The notes below the pieces were generated by a model. It was given only the letters and a program-made list of their open reading frames with translations, ran no database searches and had not been told where the DNA came from. DNA of 64,000 nt from Eledone cirrhosa. Its lineage: Eukaryota. The position numbers were made by a program, and so were the translations under genes. This document shows, piece after piece, positions 12,272 through 25,022 of the stretch. Numbering within the stretch: the stretch's first letter is position 1; each line of letters starts with the position of its first letter. The DNA lies in contig OZ024742.1 of the NCBI GenBank assembly GCA_964016885.1, forward strand, positions 36,642,001 through 36,706,000, in the 5' to 3' direction.

Positions 12272-12615
12272 GAAAAAAAGATGAAATCGAAAATGCAACT
12301 GGAGTCTTATTTTTAAAAAAATATATATATTTATTTGGTTCCTTTACCGGTTTCGCAGTTCTGCTTTTCAAAAGTAGAGTTGAGATGGAGGGTCTGTGGT
12401 TTTTCTCACATCAGATGTGAGAAAAACCACAGACCCTCCATCTCAACTCTACTTTTGAAAAGCAGAACTGCGAAACCGGTAAAGGAACCAAATAAATATA
12501 TATATTTTTTTTTAAATAAGACTCCAGTTGCATTTTCGATTTCATACTTTTTTCCTTATACTTTCACTCGTGTAGGAAACCTCGGTTATTTTTCATTTTG
12601 TAAAAAAAACCTCAC

Positions 12616-12622
<7 letters not shown>
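12271..12622. mobile_element. Near-perfect palindromic Penelope-like fragment (132-bp arms centred on 12413) plus unique tail, inside (TA)n
   Basis: Arms 12281-12412 / 12414-12545 differ only in a T/A run. The tail 12500-12622 recurs inverted at 40811-40930. Confidence 0.85.
12452..12484 (+). ncRNA. Candidate minimal type I hammerhead ribozyme, U3-A8 core variant
   Basis: CUU-UUGAAAA-GCAGAACUGC-GAAACCGGUA-AAG: stem I CUU/AAG, stem II GCA/UGC, self-complementary ACCGGU in stem III and a GUA triplet. Confidence 0.6.
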
Positions 12623-12700
<78 letters not shown>

Positions 12701-13189
12701 TGTATTTCCATCTTTAATGTGTCCTTCCTTTTTCAAACGGTATGATATTCTTCAAATGGCATTTTACTATTTCTTGTATGCCGGGCGAAGGCGTAAACTT
12801 TCCCTTGTTAATTCAGGGAAAACTTATGGATTACTTTCAGAATTCTCATTAAATCGTTAGTTTGACAATAAGCTCGTGACTAAAGCTATAGAAATCACTG
12901 TATACATTACGATTCTATAGTTCAATTGTTTACTGTTTAGTCAGTGAGTAAAGAGCAGTGTCCTGGGTCCTATTTCAGGTCCCCCTTGACCGGTGGAAGG
13001 GAAGGGGATATATTAAGATTAGAAACCTTTCATTAGAGTGGACTCAGCTAAAGACACCCAAAAGCCGGGTGGATATGTTAAACTGAGCGAAGTGGACAGA
13101 TTAAGCCTACCATCCAAGTAGTCCCTATGTAATACTGCAAGGTCTCTTGTCTCACACTCTACTGAATCCTCCAATCCATCGCCCTTGCC

Positions 13190-13735
13190 TGGTACTTTAT
13201 TTATCGAACTCGAAAGAATGAAAGGTAAAGTTAACCACAGCAGGATTTAAACCTGAACAAATACCACCAAGTTTTTTTTTATTTTATGTCTGTCAATTCA
13301 TCAGCAACCGGACAACATACTTCGCAGCATAGAGTTACCGCCCTTTACGTTCTGAGTTCAAATCCCACAGAGGTTAGCTTTGCCTTTCATCCTTAAGGGG
13401 TTGATAAAATAAAGCACCAGTAATGCACTGGGGTCGATTTAATCGACTTTCTTCTCCCCTTTAAATTGCTGGCCTTGTGCCTAAAGTAGAAATAATTATT
13501 ACTTTTTTTTGTTTCTAGGATGGTGGATTGACTGAATCGTTGGAGCGACGGATGAACTGCTTTGTGGCATTGGTTCGGGTCCTTTACATTCCGAGTTCAA
13601 ATATCACCTAAGTCAACTATGCGTTTTATTTTTCCGAGGTCGATAAAATATAGTACCAGTTAAGTCCTGGGGTTGATTTAGTCGACCTTTCCCGTCCCCC
13701 AATTTGCTGGCCTTGTGCCTAGATTAGAAATCATT
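13190..13735. mobile_element. Cluster of SINE family 1 copies (partial minus at 13190-13260; plus at 13310-13500 and 13515-13735)
   Basis: Repeated GAGTTCAAAT...GATAAAATA.AG.ACCAGT...GGCCTTGTGCC. Confidence 0.8.
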
Positions 13736-13964
13736 AGAAATCATTTTTACGTTTTATTCCTCATCAAAAAATACCATACCCTTACATGGCACAGTCTGTC
13801 TGGCTTTCAAGCTCTATCTGTGACTATAAGATTGACGTATACAGACGTAAATAACTAAAACATAAATTTGTATATTTGCATACTTAAGATATTTTAACAA
13901 TATGTAAATGTCTGAAATATCTGAAATGGATAAAATTAACCTCCACAGACTTGCAAAAATATGT

Positions 13965-15005
13965 TGTTCTGGTTATTGTGATTAGAGTGATTATAGTTGT
14001 TGTGGTTAGTGTGATTGTTGTGGTTGTTGGTACAAAGGTGGTGGTGGTGGTAGTGGTGGATGTGGTGGTGGTAGTGTTGGTTGTGGTAATAGTGGTGATT
14101 GTGGTGGTGGTAGTGTTGGTTGTGGTGATAGTGGTGGTTGTGGTGGTGGTAGTGTTGGTGGTGGGGTGGTTGTGGTGGTTGTGGTGGTGGTAGTGGTGGT
14201 TGTGGTGGTGGTGGTGGTGGTAGTAGTGGTGGAGGTGGTAGTGGTTGTGGTGGTGGTTGTGGTAGTGTTGGGGGGGGGGGGTTATGGGGGGGGGGTAGAG
14301 GTGGCGGTGGTGGTGGTGGTGGTGGTGGTGTTGGTGGTTGTGGTTGTGGTGTGGAGGTGTTGGTGGTGGTGGTGGTTGTGTTGGTGGTGGTGGTGGTTGT
14401 GGTGTGGAGGTGTTGTTGGTGGTGGTGGTGGTGGTGGTGGTTGTAGTGGTGGTGATGGTAGTGGTGGTAGGGTTAGTAGTGGTGGTGGTGATGGTGGTGG
14501 TGGTGGTGGTGGTGGTGGTGGTGGTGGTGGTGGTGGTGGTGGTGGTAGTGGTGGCGGTGGCGGTGGTAGTGTTGGTGGTGTTGTTGGTGGTGGTTGTGTT
14601 GGTGGTGATTGTGGTGGTGGTGGTGATGGTGGTTGTTGTAATTGTTGTGTTTGCTACGGTGGTATTGATTAGTTTCGCTATTGTGGTTCTAGTTGTTGTG
14701 TTTGTAGTGTGGTTGTTGTGATTGTTATGGTTGTTGTTAGAGTGGTTTCAGTAGTTGCTGAAATTGTTGTGGCTGTTGTGTTTAATGCCGTTATTACCCC
14801 TGTTGTATTTAGCGTGGCTGTTGTGTTTAATGCCGTTATTACCCCTGTTGTGTTTAGTGTGGCTGTTGTGTTTAATGCCGTTATTACCCCTGTTGTGTTT
14901 AGTGTGGCTGTTGTGTTTAATGCCGTTATTACCCCTGTTGTGTTTAGTGTGGCTGTTGTGTTTAATGCCGTTATTATCCCTGTTGTGTTTAGTGTTGCTG
15001 TTGTA
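13965..15005. repeat. (GGT/GTT)n low-complexity tract followed by a 45-bp minisatellite, about 5 copies (14768-15000)
   Basis: Unit GTGGCTGTTGTGTTTAATGCCGTTATTACCCCTGTTGTGTTTAGT. Confidence 0.9.
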
Positions 15006-15170
15006 GTAGTTGGTATGTGTGGTCTTATAACAGAAGTTAGACGGCGTAGACGGCTATAAAAACGTTACATAGACGCAAATATATCATGTTTATATATGAA
15101 CAAATATATATATACATGAGAGTGTACGTTGTGTGTATATGTGTGTGTGTGTGCGTGTGTGTTTATATAA

Positions 15171-15257
<87 letters not shown>

Positions 15258-15488
15258 TGTGTGTGTGTGTTTATATAAGAGTATGTGATGCGCATGGAAG
15301 ATGTGAGCTGTATAAAAAAGGATCAGTGGATGTGAACATGGAAGTGATTGAACTGGGAAGGCATGGTATGAAGTAGTGAACACTGAGCCTAGGAAGCTGA
15401 ATCTCACTATATATATGTCCGTGATGATACCACGATGAAGTGCACACGTCCAACACACACACACATATATATATATATATATGCATAT

Positions 15489-15580
<92 letters not shown>

Positions 15581-15987
15581 GTATATACATATACATATTG
15601 GTATGTTTTCTATTTTCTTGGAAATCTGGTTTTATTTTTACCCCCAGACTGTCCGTTTGTTCTATAGTAGTCGGTATTGGAATGGTAATGGCAGGAATAT
15701 ATTCATCAAAGAGTAACAGAGTAACCTTGTTTTGTTCATTAACATGTGACTAGCGTATTGAGGAAGCTGCGTATAAAAGGAGCGGGAGGGGGAAGAGAGA
15801 GAGAGAGAGAGAGGGGGGGGGGGGAGAGAAATGATTTCTACAAGACTAGAACTGTTTCATTGAATATTTATGCTCTATGTATTGAGTACCTTACATACTG
15901 TAGTTACCCCTGTTTGAATCTGGGACACATACACACATATACACACACACACACATATATATATATATACATACACGCACACACACG

Positions 15988-16029
<42 letters not shown>

Positions 16030-16154
16030 CACGCACACACACACACGCACACACACACATACACACATACACACATACATACATGTGTGTGTACTTAAGA
16101 AGATCTAAACCCTACTTCAGTATTGAGTATTGATTCTCGCATTCAACATCACGA

Positions 16155-16189
<35 letters not shown>

Positions 16190-16756
16190 ACGGAAAAAAT
16201 GCTCTGTGACTATTGCTTTCATTGTACCATAGCACAGCAAATACATGTTCGGTTTGTCGAATGCCTTTTTACTTAACCCTATCGTCTTGGCTTTCGTGGG
16301 TTGAACATTTTACTCTCAGGCACTCAATTAAGTTAAACCCCTGGTAATCTACGACGAATTTTTTTTATAAGTACAAAATGTAGACACCATCCCCAGGCTG
16401 AGGTATTCCGTACTTCTCTGTTCTGCTTCAGAAAGAAGGGATAAACATGCCAATCTATGTTTAGAATGCTGAGCAACGCCGGGCCATTCTTATAGTATAC
16501 TATAAACACATGATATACCTCTCTATATGTGCGTGTATATGTGTATGTACATATCTCGTGGTTTTGTCTTTGCGTGCAATTGTTCTCCACGCTCCACATA
16601 TGACGTATTATCTTCGTTTTTTTCGTTCATTGCCAGAGAACGTCTCTATGAACCACCTAATTGAATATTAGTCTCCGACTTCTTTTATACCATAAACGTG
16701 GTTTTGTCTTCGCGTGTAATTGTTTTTCACCGCTCCAAATAATGACGTATTATATT

Positions 16757-16855
16757 CGTTAACTTTGCCTTTCATCCTTACGGGGTCAATAAAATAAAGT
16801 ACCAGTAATACACTGGGTAATTTCTGGCCTTGTGCCAAAAGTAGAAACAATTATA
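16757..16855 (+). mobile_element. 5'-truncated SINE family 1 copy with target-site duplication
   Basis: ATTATATTCGTT on both sides. It interrupts the second unit of a ~100-bp local duplication (16558-16655 versus 16697-16900). Confidence 0.75.
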
Positions 16856-16979
16856 TTCGTTTTTTCCCGTTCTTTGCCAGGGAACGTTTCCACGAACCAA
16901 AGTATCGTCTTCCTGTCTTCCTCCGGTTGCAACGTTTTTTGAAATATTCACTTCTGCGTTCACAGATTGACTTTGTCAG

Positions 16980-17135
16980 TTTCAGAAGATCCCGTTAAGG
17001 GTGAAAGCAGCGATTCTTTGCTTAAACTTTAATCTGTTATTTTAATAAATCTTTGCTCTACGGTTCTTATATATTTGATATATATTTATCCATATCGAGC
17101 CCTCTTTGGATATTAGTCTTCAAATTTATTATTAT

Positions 17136-17140
<5 letters not shown>
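16980..17140 (+). repeat. pLTR-like fragment with degenerate hammerhead motif, ending at (TA)n
   Basis: CAGAAGA-UCCCGUUAAGGGU-GAAAGC. Same family as 10660-10752 and 11440-11623. Confidence 0.6.
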
Positions 17141-17194
<54 letters not shown>

Positions 17195-17860
17195 GAGAAA
17201 AATAACACAATGACAGTAAAGGATTAATGTATTGCATATCAGCTCAGTTACGTAAATGGGTGAGGTCACGTGGTCTTGTTGTTTATATCGAAACCAGCAA
17301 TAACTAGTGATAAAGATCGCCGTATATATTATAGTGAACCCTCCAGCAAATTTATGCGAACATGTGTCGAGAAATACTACGGTAGGACATCACTTGTTAT
17401 ACCCACCCTTATACCAACCATCTTTACTAAACTTTCAGAAGACACGGAAATCGTGATTTTTCAAGGATTATTGGAGAAGAAAAAAATAAAGAAACTGGTG
17501 TTTATGAATGAGATTTTTCTCTACATCATTAATATTTTTCACCTTCCCTTGTGTTTATATATATATATATATATATATACAAATATATATATAGAGAGAG
17601 AGAGACAGAGAGAGAGGGGGGAGAAAGAGAGAGAGACAGATATTTACACATATATATCTGTGTGTGTGTGTGTATGTATTTATGTATGTATGTGTATGCA
17701 TGTATGTGTATGTATGTATGCGTATGACTATGTTCATACAGAGAACAAAAAGCTCTACCAAGATTCAATTAAGACCATCTCCCCAGATTGTGCAAGGTGG
17801 TGCAAAATGGATGAAGAAACGATCAAATTCGTGACGTAATCGTCGGCTGCTTCGATGGGT

Positions 17861-17960
<100 letters not shown>

Positions 17961-17974
17961 TGTGTGTGTGTGTG

Positions 17975-18442
17975 TTCTTCTGGTTATATAATTTCATAAA
18001 TTTTTACCAATAGAGAGTCGGTTTCTAACATAGACACAAGACTATGCATGTATGTATATATGTATGTATAGATGCATACCTTCATACACGCGCATACATA
18101 CAAACATGCATACATACAAACATACATACAAACATACATACATACATACAAACACACAAGTACACTCCATTAATGGAACAGTAAAAATATGTAAAACATT
18201 CCAAAATGTTTGCATCTAATAACTGCATATACACATGTACAAATGCAAAGCATATACACATGCACACATACAACTCAAAACATCCACATCCACACATACA
18301 ATAACATCTATATCTACACATGCATGCAGACATACATATCTACTTAGTTGATGTGTAAATTCCAATGAGAGAGTCTTGTTATGTTAGAAACCGACTCGCT
18401 CTCTATTGGTAAAATTTTGTGAAATTATAAAACCAGAAGTAC
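17975..18442. repeat. Inverted ~70-bp repeats flanking a CA/TA-rich spacer (MITE-like)
   Basis: CTTCTGGTT...TTTACCAATAGAGAGTCGGTTTCTAACATA versus TATGTTAGAAACCGACTC...CTCTATTGGTAAA...AACCAGAAG. Confidence 0.75.
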
Positions 18443-18519
18443 ATACATACATACATACATACATACATACATACATACATACATACATACATACATACAT
18501 ACATACATACATACATACA

Positions 18520-18850
18520 TGATGGCTGTCCCCTCGTTATCGAGTACGGCCATTTCACGATATACCACTATTAATAATTATTAATTAATTCTATCGTGCA
18601 ATGCCTGTGTGTGAAGATATTTTTTAAAGTGAGGAAAGACTGTGCACTGAGCCAATCCCACTCTCTGAGCGACAGTAGCTATAACCCGAAAAGAAGAAAA
18701 GATCAACAACATCGGTAACTACTGAGCCGCAGGTTTTATGTCGGAGTTATCCCAGTTTCCTGAGTTGCCTTCTCCTAGAAGAATGCCCTGACAAAGGCTA
18801 GGGGTCCTTCACTCCAAGTGGTTTAACCGCGCGATCGGGTATCCAGCCTG
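18520..18850 (-). mobile_element. RTE-related non-autonomous or 5'-region fragment (second copy ~20230-20635)
   Basis: Both copies share TGCCTGTG..GTGAAGA..TT, AGCCA.TCCCACTCTC and CCTTCTCCTAGA...GACAAAGGCTA. The last motif is recalled from RTE 5' regions. Confidence 0.45.
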
Positions 18851-19310
18851 ATTATTTCTATAGATACATACATACATAGCCTGAAATCGACAGAAACCAT
18901 ATTTAGAGGGCCACTATGAGCAAATGAAGTTCGTCCTATTAGTATCAGCATAGTGGATTGGCTTTAATGTTAATTATATTTAATTGGATGTATTTTGCAT
19001 AGTATTCGCTAGATTAGGTTTGTTGTGTTTAGTGGTTGGGCCGGATTATATAAGGATTATCATTTACAGTATATCTGACTTACTGCATGGACTAGGATCT
19101 CCGTTAAAAAGTCTCGGGTACGAAGGATGTTTCAGTTATGGTTTTAATCTTAATATCAATTTATTTAACTGGGTAATTGTATTTTGTGTGGTATGTTTAT
19201 TTTATGTGACTCGTTTAGGGCATGTGTATTTTACTTTCGGTTATGGTGATGTAAAATATATATATATGTATATATGTGAGAGGGGAGGGGGAGAAAGAGA
19301 GGGAGTGTGT

Positions 19311-19402
<92 letters not shown>

Positions 19403-19419
19403 GCGTGTGTGTGTTATAT

Positions 19420-19585
19420 AGGCTGTGGGGTTAAGGATTTGGCTCTTCGAAACCACGTGGTTTAGAGTTCAGACCCATTGTGTGGGACCTTAAGCAATTA
19501 TTGTATTTTACTACAGCATCGTATTCACCAATGCCTAATGAGTGAAATTTGGCTGTCAGAAATTTTATGTAAGCCCGTTGTATGT
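19420..19585 (+). mobile_element. tRNA-derived SINE family 2, diverged (other fragments ~26200-26345, 35550-35660, 37530-37640)
   Basis: GGCTGTGGGGTTAAG...AACCACGTGGTTTAGAGTTCAG head with A/B-box-like motifs and tail AAGCCCGTTGTATG. Confidence 0.6.
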
Positions 19586-19591
19586 ATGCAT

Positions 19592-19890
19592 ACGTCAGTT
19601 TTTTTTAAAGACCCCCTCCGTCTTCAGTTCTAGCTTTCTTATTACTAATTTGCTTTTTTTAATTTTTCAGATAAATAATGCCAGACATTAAATCGTCTCA
19701 GCAAATGAAGAGACACGCTGTAATTGTTACCTCAATAACATAACATAGTGATACAGTGGTAGCTTCCTTGAAAATTGTCCGATCCTTCCTCGTCAAAGTT
19801 AGAAAGGATCTGGAAGTTGCTGACAGGTATCCAGCATCAGCAGCCAAGCACAAAACGCATTGACAAGGTCCTAATACAATCAGAACCCCA
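19592..19890 (+). mobile_element. 5' fragment of the Tc1/mariner element found at 33263-34514
   Basis: Reverse complement of ~34215-34510, including the TIR remnant CGTCAGTTTTTT. Confidence 0.85.
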
Positions 19891-20945
19891 AATGAAAAGG
19901 CAAGTTGTAACCGTTGCTTTAAAAGCTTCCTTCTTAAAAGTTGCCCGACCCTTGTTTACTTAGCGTCTACTGGTGAGCAGAAAGAGTGTAATGGCTGGTT
20001 TTATGCACAAACATAGATATATACATGGTGGCTGCTAACTCGTTTTCGAGTACGGCGACTACTTTATATCCATGTAAGAGAACCCCTACTGATGCGCTGA
20101 ACGAGTGTGACTTTTTAGTCCAGCCTGCGACTTGAAAACTCTTGTACAAACGCTACACTTGTGACAATTATTGACACATAATGCTGGGCCCATGGTACCA
20201 TGTGATGATAAGTGGAGAGAGATCTCCAGATAAAAAGCAATGCCTGTGCCGTGAAGATTTTATAGTGAGCAAAGGCACTGCACAAAGCCAGTCCCACTCT
20301 CTTAACCAAGATGATATTTACCAAAAAGAAGAACAAGTCAACATCATTGGATACCATCAGGGTTGCAGGTGTTATATCAGAGTTTTCCTTCTCCTAGAAT
20401 TATGCCTTGACAAAGGCTAAGGGGCCATCTCTCCCAGTGATTTTGGATGGCCACTGACTCTTAAGAGCTCCTTTGCCCTTTGACAGGTTTTGTTTTTAGT
20501 CCTGCAGGATGTCCAAAGTCACCCTCCTCACCGAGAAACCTTGGTGGGGTTGCCAGTTTGGTCGCCAACGACCCGACCATGAGACAGGTTGTACTGGGAT
20601 ACATGTTACCAGTAGCACCAACTGGTGACCTGACATAATACATACATACATACATACATACATACATACATACACACACACATACATACATACATACATA
20701 CATACATACATACATACATACATACATACATACATACATACATACATACATACATACATACATGCATACATACATGGCGAGTGTTCTCTAATGTGTATGT
20801 ATAATGATTCACAGCTTCTGTCATTTCCCTTTCGAACTTTAATGTCGTTAATTTACACATATATATATATATGTGCGTGTGTATATATATATATATATAC
20901 ATACATACATACATACATACATACATACATACATACATACATACA

Positions 20946-20977
<32 letters not shown>

Positions 20978-21034
20978 AATGGGAAAAAATGAAACGAAAT
21001 TTCATTTCTCACTCTTAGTACGGCTGTTACTTAA

Positions 21035-21490
21035 ATATAAATATGTATACGTACATACATATATGTATACAGACGTACAGTAGTATGTATATATATATAC
21101 ATACATGCACACATATATATATATATGTACGTATGGATTTACCGAACATTTATTATAATGCTCGGTTTGTTTGTAAACAAACATCCCGAATTAAGCCGTA
21201 CAGTGTTTAGCAACCATCGTTGCCCTTTTGTTCAACCCTGACAGAGGAACGATGTACTAGTTTCAAGCTTATTAGCTATCGTCAGCACCGTATACCTTCC
21301 TGCCAGATGATTGAACGTCTGAAAGTATATACTTTCATTATGCATATTAACGGCTGATGTTGCAAACAAACCGAGCATTATAATAAATGTTCGGTAAATC
21401 CATATGTACATATATATATGTGTGCATGTATGTATATATATACATACTACTGTACGTCTGTATACATATGTGTATGTACGTGTACATACT

Positions 21491-21498
<8 letters not shown>
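21035..21498. repeat. Long inverted repeat (~140-bp arms, ~185-bp spacer)
   Basis: TATGGATTTACCGAACATTTATTATAATGCTCGGTTTGTTTG versus CAAACAAACCGAGCATTATAATAAATGTTCGGTAAATCCATA. Symmetry extends into the TA/CA-rich flanks. Confidence 0.9.
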
Positions 21499-21532
<34 letters not shown>

Positions 21533-21899
21533 GAGTCATTTAAACGTCCTTTCACCTTTTTATTCATATTATCTGTCTCTGTCTTACTCTTCCTCCACCC
21601 CTCTCTGCCACACTCTATCAACCGCCACACTCCGTCACTCTCCGCCACTCTCCCTCACTCACCGTCACCTTACGCCACATGCTATCACCTTCCGCCATCC
21701 TCCCTCATTCTCCACATTACTTAACCTTCATCACTTAATTCTCTCCAATGTCTTCACCGCACAATTAATGATTGTAAAAATAATTAAACGTTGATTATCT
21801 CTGCTAAATTTAGCCACGATTCAATAGCCCGGATGTGAAATATTTCTAATCTTTAATATATGAGTCAAACATCACTTTTTCTATTTTGGGGAAGGGAGC

Positions 21900-23005
21900 A
21901 TGATGTGGTGGCGTGGTAATAGTGTGATATGGTGGTGTGGTGGTGTGGTGGTGTGGTGGAGTGGTGGTGGTGTGGAGTGGTGGTGGTGTGGTGGTGGTGG
22001 TGTGGTGTGGTGGTGTGGTGGAGTGGTGGTGGTGTGGTAGTGGTGGTGTGGTGGTGGTATGGTGGTGGTGGTGTGGTGGTGGTGTGGTGGTGTGGAGTGG
22101 TGGTGGTGTGGTGGTGTGGTGGAGTGGTGGAGTGGTGGTGTGGTGGTGTGGTGGAGTGGTGGAGTGGTGGTGTGGTGGTGTGGTGGAGTGGTGGTGGGGT
22201 GGTGGGGTGGGGTGGGGGTGTGGTGGTGTGGTGGTGTGGTGGTGTGGTGGTGTGGTGGTGTGGTGGTGGTGTGGTGGTGTGGTGGTGGTGTGGTGGTGGT
22301 GGTGTGGTGTGGTGCTGTGGTGGTGTGGTGGTGTGGTGGAGTGGTGGTGGTGTGGTGGTGGTGGTGTGGTGGTGTGGTGGTGTGGTGGTGTGGTGGTGTG
22401 GTGGTGTGGTGGTGGTGTGGTGTGGTGCTGTGGTGCTGTGGTGGTGTGGTGGTGTGGTGGTGTGGTGGTGGTGTGGTGGTGGTGGTGTGGTGTGGTGGTG
22501 TGGTGGTGTGGTGGTGTGGTGTGGTGGTGTGGTGGTGGTGCTGTGGTGTGGTGGTGGTGTTGTGGTGGTGTAGTTGTCTGGAGGTGTAGTGTTGTGGTGG
22601 TGTGGTGGTGTGGTGGTGTGGTGGTGTGATGGTGTGGTGGTGTGATGGTGGTGGTGGTGTGATGTTGGTGTGGTGGTGTGGTGGTGATGGTGGTGTGGTG
22701 GTGTGGTGGTGTGGTGGTATGATGGTGTGGTGGTGTTGGTATAGTTGTGTGGATTTGTGGTGGTGTGCGGTGTAGGGGTGTGGTGGTGTGATGGTGTGAT
22801 GGTGTGGTGGTGTGGTGTGGTGGTGTGGTGGTGTGGCGGTGTAGTGGTGTGGTGGTGTGGTGGTGTGGTGGTGTGGTGGTGTGGCGCTGTAGTGGTGTGG
22901 TGGTGTGGTGGTGTGGTGGTGTGGCGGTGTGGTGGTGTAGTAGTGTGGAGGCGTAGTGGTGTATTTGTGTGTAGGTGTGGTGATGTGGTGGTGTGGTGGT
23001 GTGGT
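21900..23005. repeat. 1.1-kb degenerate (GGTGTGGT/GGT)n simple-repeat array
   Basis: Read directly from the sequence. Confidence 0.95.
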
Positions 23006-23009
23006 GATA

Positions 23010-23465
23010 TATATTTCGTTTCTGAATTTGTTTAGCAATATTCTTTATCTGAAAATGTGTGTTGAAACCGATATTGTTATGCTTCGGGAGGGTCATGTTG
23101 CCAATAAGAAACACACGCACCAGTTGTTTCACTCCAATTTATTATAAATTAAATTTATAAATTTAAAAATTTATAAATTTCCGGTTGGTTGGTTGGTTGG
23201 TTCCATAACTGGACGGTAGTTCATATATTGTCAAAATTCTTTCGTCCTACGCCATCTTGTAGATGCCGTAGGGCAGAACAAAGGAGAGGCACAAAAACAA
23301 AGAAAAGAAGCCCCAGTCACTGAAGAGGGCACAGAATGTGTGACGAAAGAACTTTGACAATATATGAACAACCGTCACTCCAATTTATTTATAATAAATT
23401 GGAGTGAATGCAACTGGTGCGTGTGTTTCTTATTGGCAACATGACCCTCCCAAAGCATAACAATA
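23010..23465. mobile_element. Inverted pair of Penelope pLTRs (minus 23010-23259, plus 23261-23465) of the 44868-48985 family
   Basis: Plus arm matches 48737-48985. Minus arm matches 48735-48985 and continues into the ORF start (equivalent to 44950-45035). Confidence 0.9.
23316..23358 (+). ncRNA. Minimal hammerhead ribozyme motif in pLTR
   Basis: GUCA-CUGAAGA-GGGCACAGAAUGUGUGAC-GAAA-GAACUU-UGAC. Confidence 0.6.
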
Positions 23466-23479
23466 TATATATATCTATA

Positions 23480-23532
<53 letters not shown>

Positions 23533-24469
23533 AGGGTTGACGGACCCAGCATATTTATCAATGCCAGTACCGGTTGTATCTCAGCGCACTCAATGGGCAA
23601 TGCAAGATACATTACCAGAGTATGCACATAGTTATTTGCCACAACACAAAACACGTAAAACGGGTGCCTATAAGGTTCCCGGACTCGAGTTTCTGCCTCA
23701 CTAATGCAGCAGTAAGGTGCACTGCACCATCTGTCTGCATATATTATGCAACAATGCACAATCGGCTTATGCGGCTTCATCAGCGGGTATCGCCTAATCA
23801 ATAACCAATCGATCGACAGAATCCAAACACCGGCCCATGCCGGTCATGACTGTTTGTGACAACCGACACGGTAAAGCGATTAGCAACTGCCAACCGATAG
23901 GACTCTACCTCTCAACTAGCCACTGATTTATAAATTTTACGTGGGGACGGGAAGCTAAAAAGAATCAATCTTTTAGTTCTTGTCAGAAGCATTCAGCCAA
24001 CGTGTCTCACACACAAATTATGAAGGGGTGAAAAGATGGCTATTAGAAATAGCAGTTCACATTGATATAAAATAAAATGGTAGCATTCGGTTCATGTCTC
24101 CAAGCCCCATGGATAAAGGAAAGCGATGGTAACAATGGTAGTGCCAAGAACCTTTAACGGAGGTTATATATATATATATACACGGGTGTGTATGATTGTG
24201 TATAGAAGATTATATTAATAAAAGGAATTCCAACTTTGTCTGATTTACTCGTTTTATTTACAATCCTTTAAAATTATAATGATATTATAATGAAATAGTA
24301 TGGTAGAATATTAAATGTTAAGTGTTAATTGAACAAGTACTTTCATTCTTTCGCAATCTTCAGGTTCATAATCAGTGGTGACAGTCAAGTTTGCAATTTT
24401 CAACAGTTTAAATTGCAAACTTGACTGTCTGACCAGACACTGTATTCGACATGATTAGAGCCGCAATAT

Positions 24470-24535
24470 TCGTTTTAAGTAGTATTTGTGAGAAAACATG
24501 CGGCTCTGGGGCCGGTCTTAAGAGCCACTTAAGGT
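24470..24535 (+). pseudogene. Possible RTE-type LINE C-terminal zinc-finger remnant
   Basis: ICEKTCGSGAGLKSHLR resembles the CxxCxRxCxSxxGLxSHxR terminus of RTE ORFs. Very short. Confidence 0.35.
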
Positions 24536-24567
24536 TTTTATCTGAAAAGAATCAGCAATCATTATGC

Positions 24568-24666
<99 letters not shown>

Positions 24667-24839
24667 CGCACGCACACACACGCACACACACACACACACA
24701 AACACATATCCTGATTTGAATACCGAATCAAAATATGTAACAGTCCCAGAAAATTTAAGAAAAAAACCGCAAGTCGTATTACAGTGGTCTCCTGGGTTAT
24801 CCGGAATCAACCGGAAATGATGGTGTAAAACCAGTGTCT

Positions 24840-25022
24840 AATAATTGTTCCTACTTTTTGGTACAAGGCCAGCAATTATCTCAGTACATTACTGGTACTT
24901 TATTTTATCGACCCCGTAAGGATGAAAGGCAAAGTTAACATAGGCGGGAATTGAACTCAGATCGTAAAGGGACGTAACTATGCTGGAAAGCATAATCCGA
25001 CCCTCTACCGATACTGCCAATT
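24840..25022 (-). mobile_element. SINE family 1, full-length
   Basis: Head, core and tail on the minus strand. GTGTCTAATAAT occurs on both flanks (probable TSD). Confidence 0.85.

Noticed and set aside
14768-15000. 45-bp repeat as CRISPR array or coding repeat
   Set aside because: Head-to-tail minisatellite without spacers, embedded in low-complexity DNA.
21900-23005. Telomeric or interstitial telomeric repeat
   Set aside because: No TTAGGG units. It is a degenerate GGT/GGTGT simple repeat.
24380-24429. 20-bp-arm hairpin GACAGTCAAGTTTGCAATTT / AAATTGCAAACTTGACTGTC
   Set aside because: Real but single and short, with no TSD or family link. Probably a local template-switch product.
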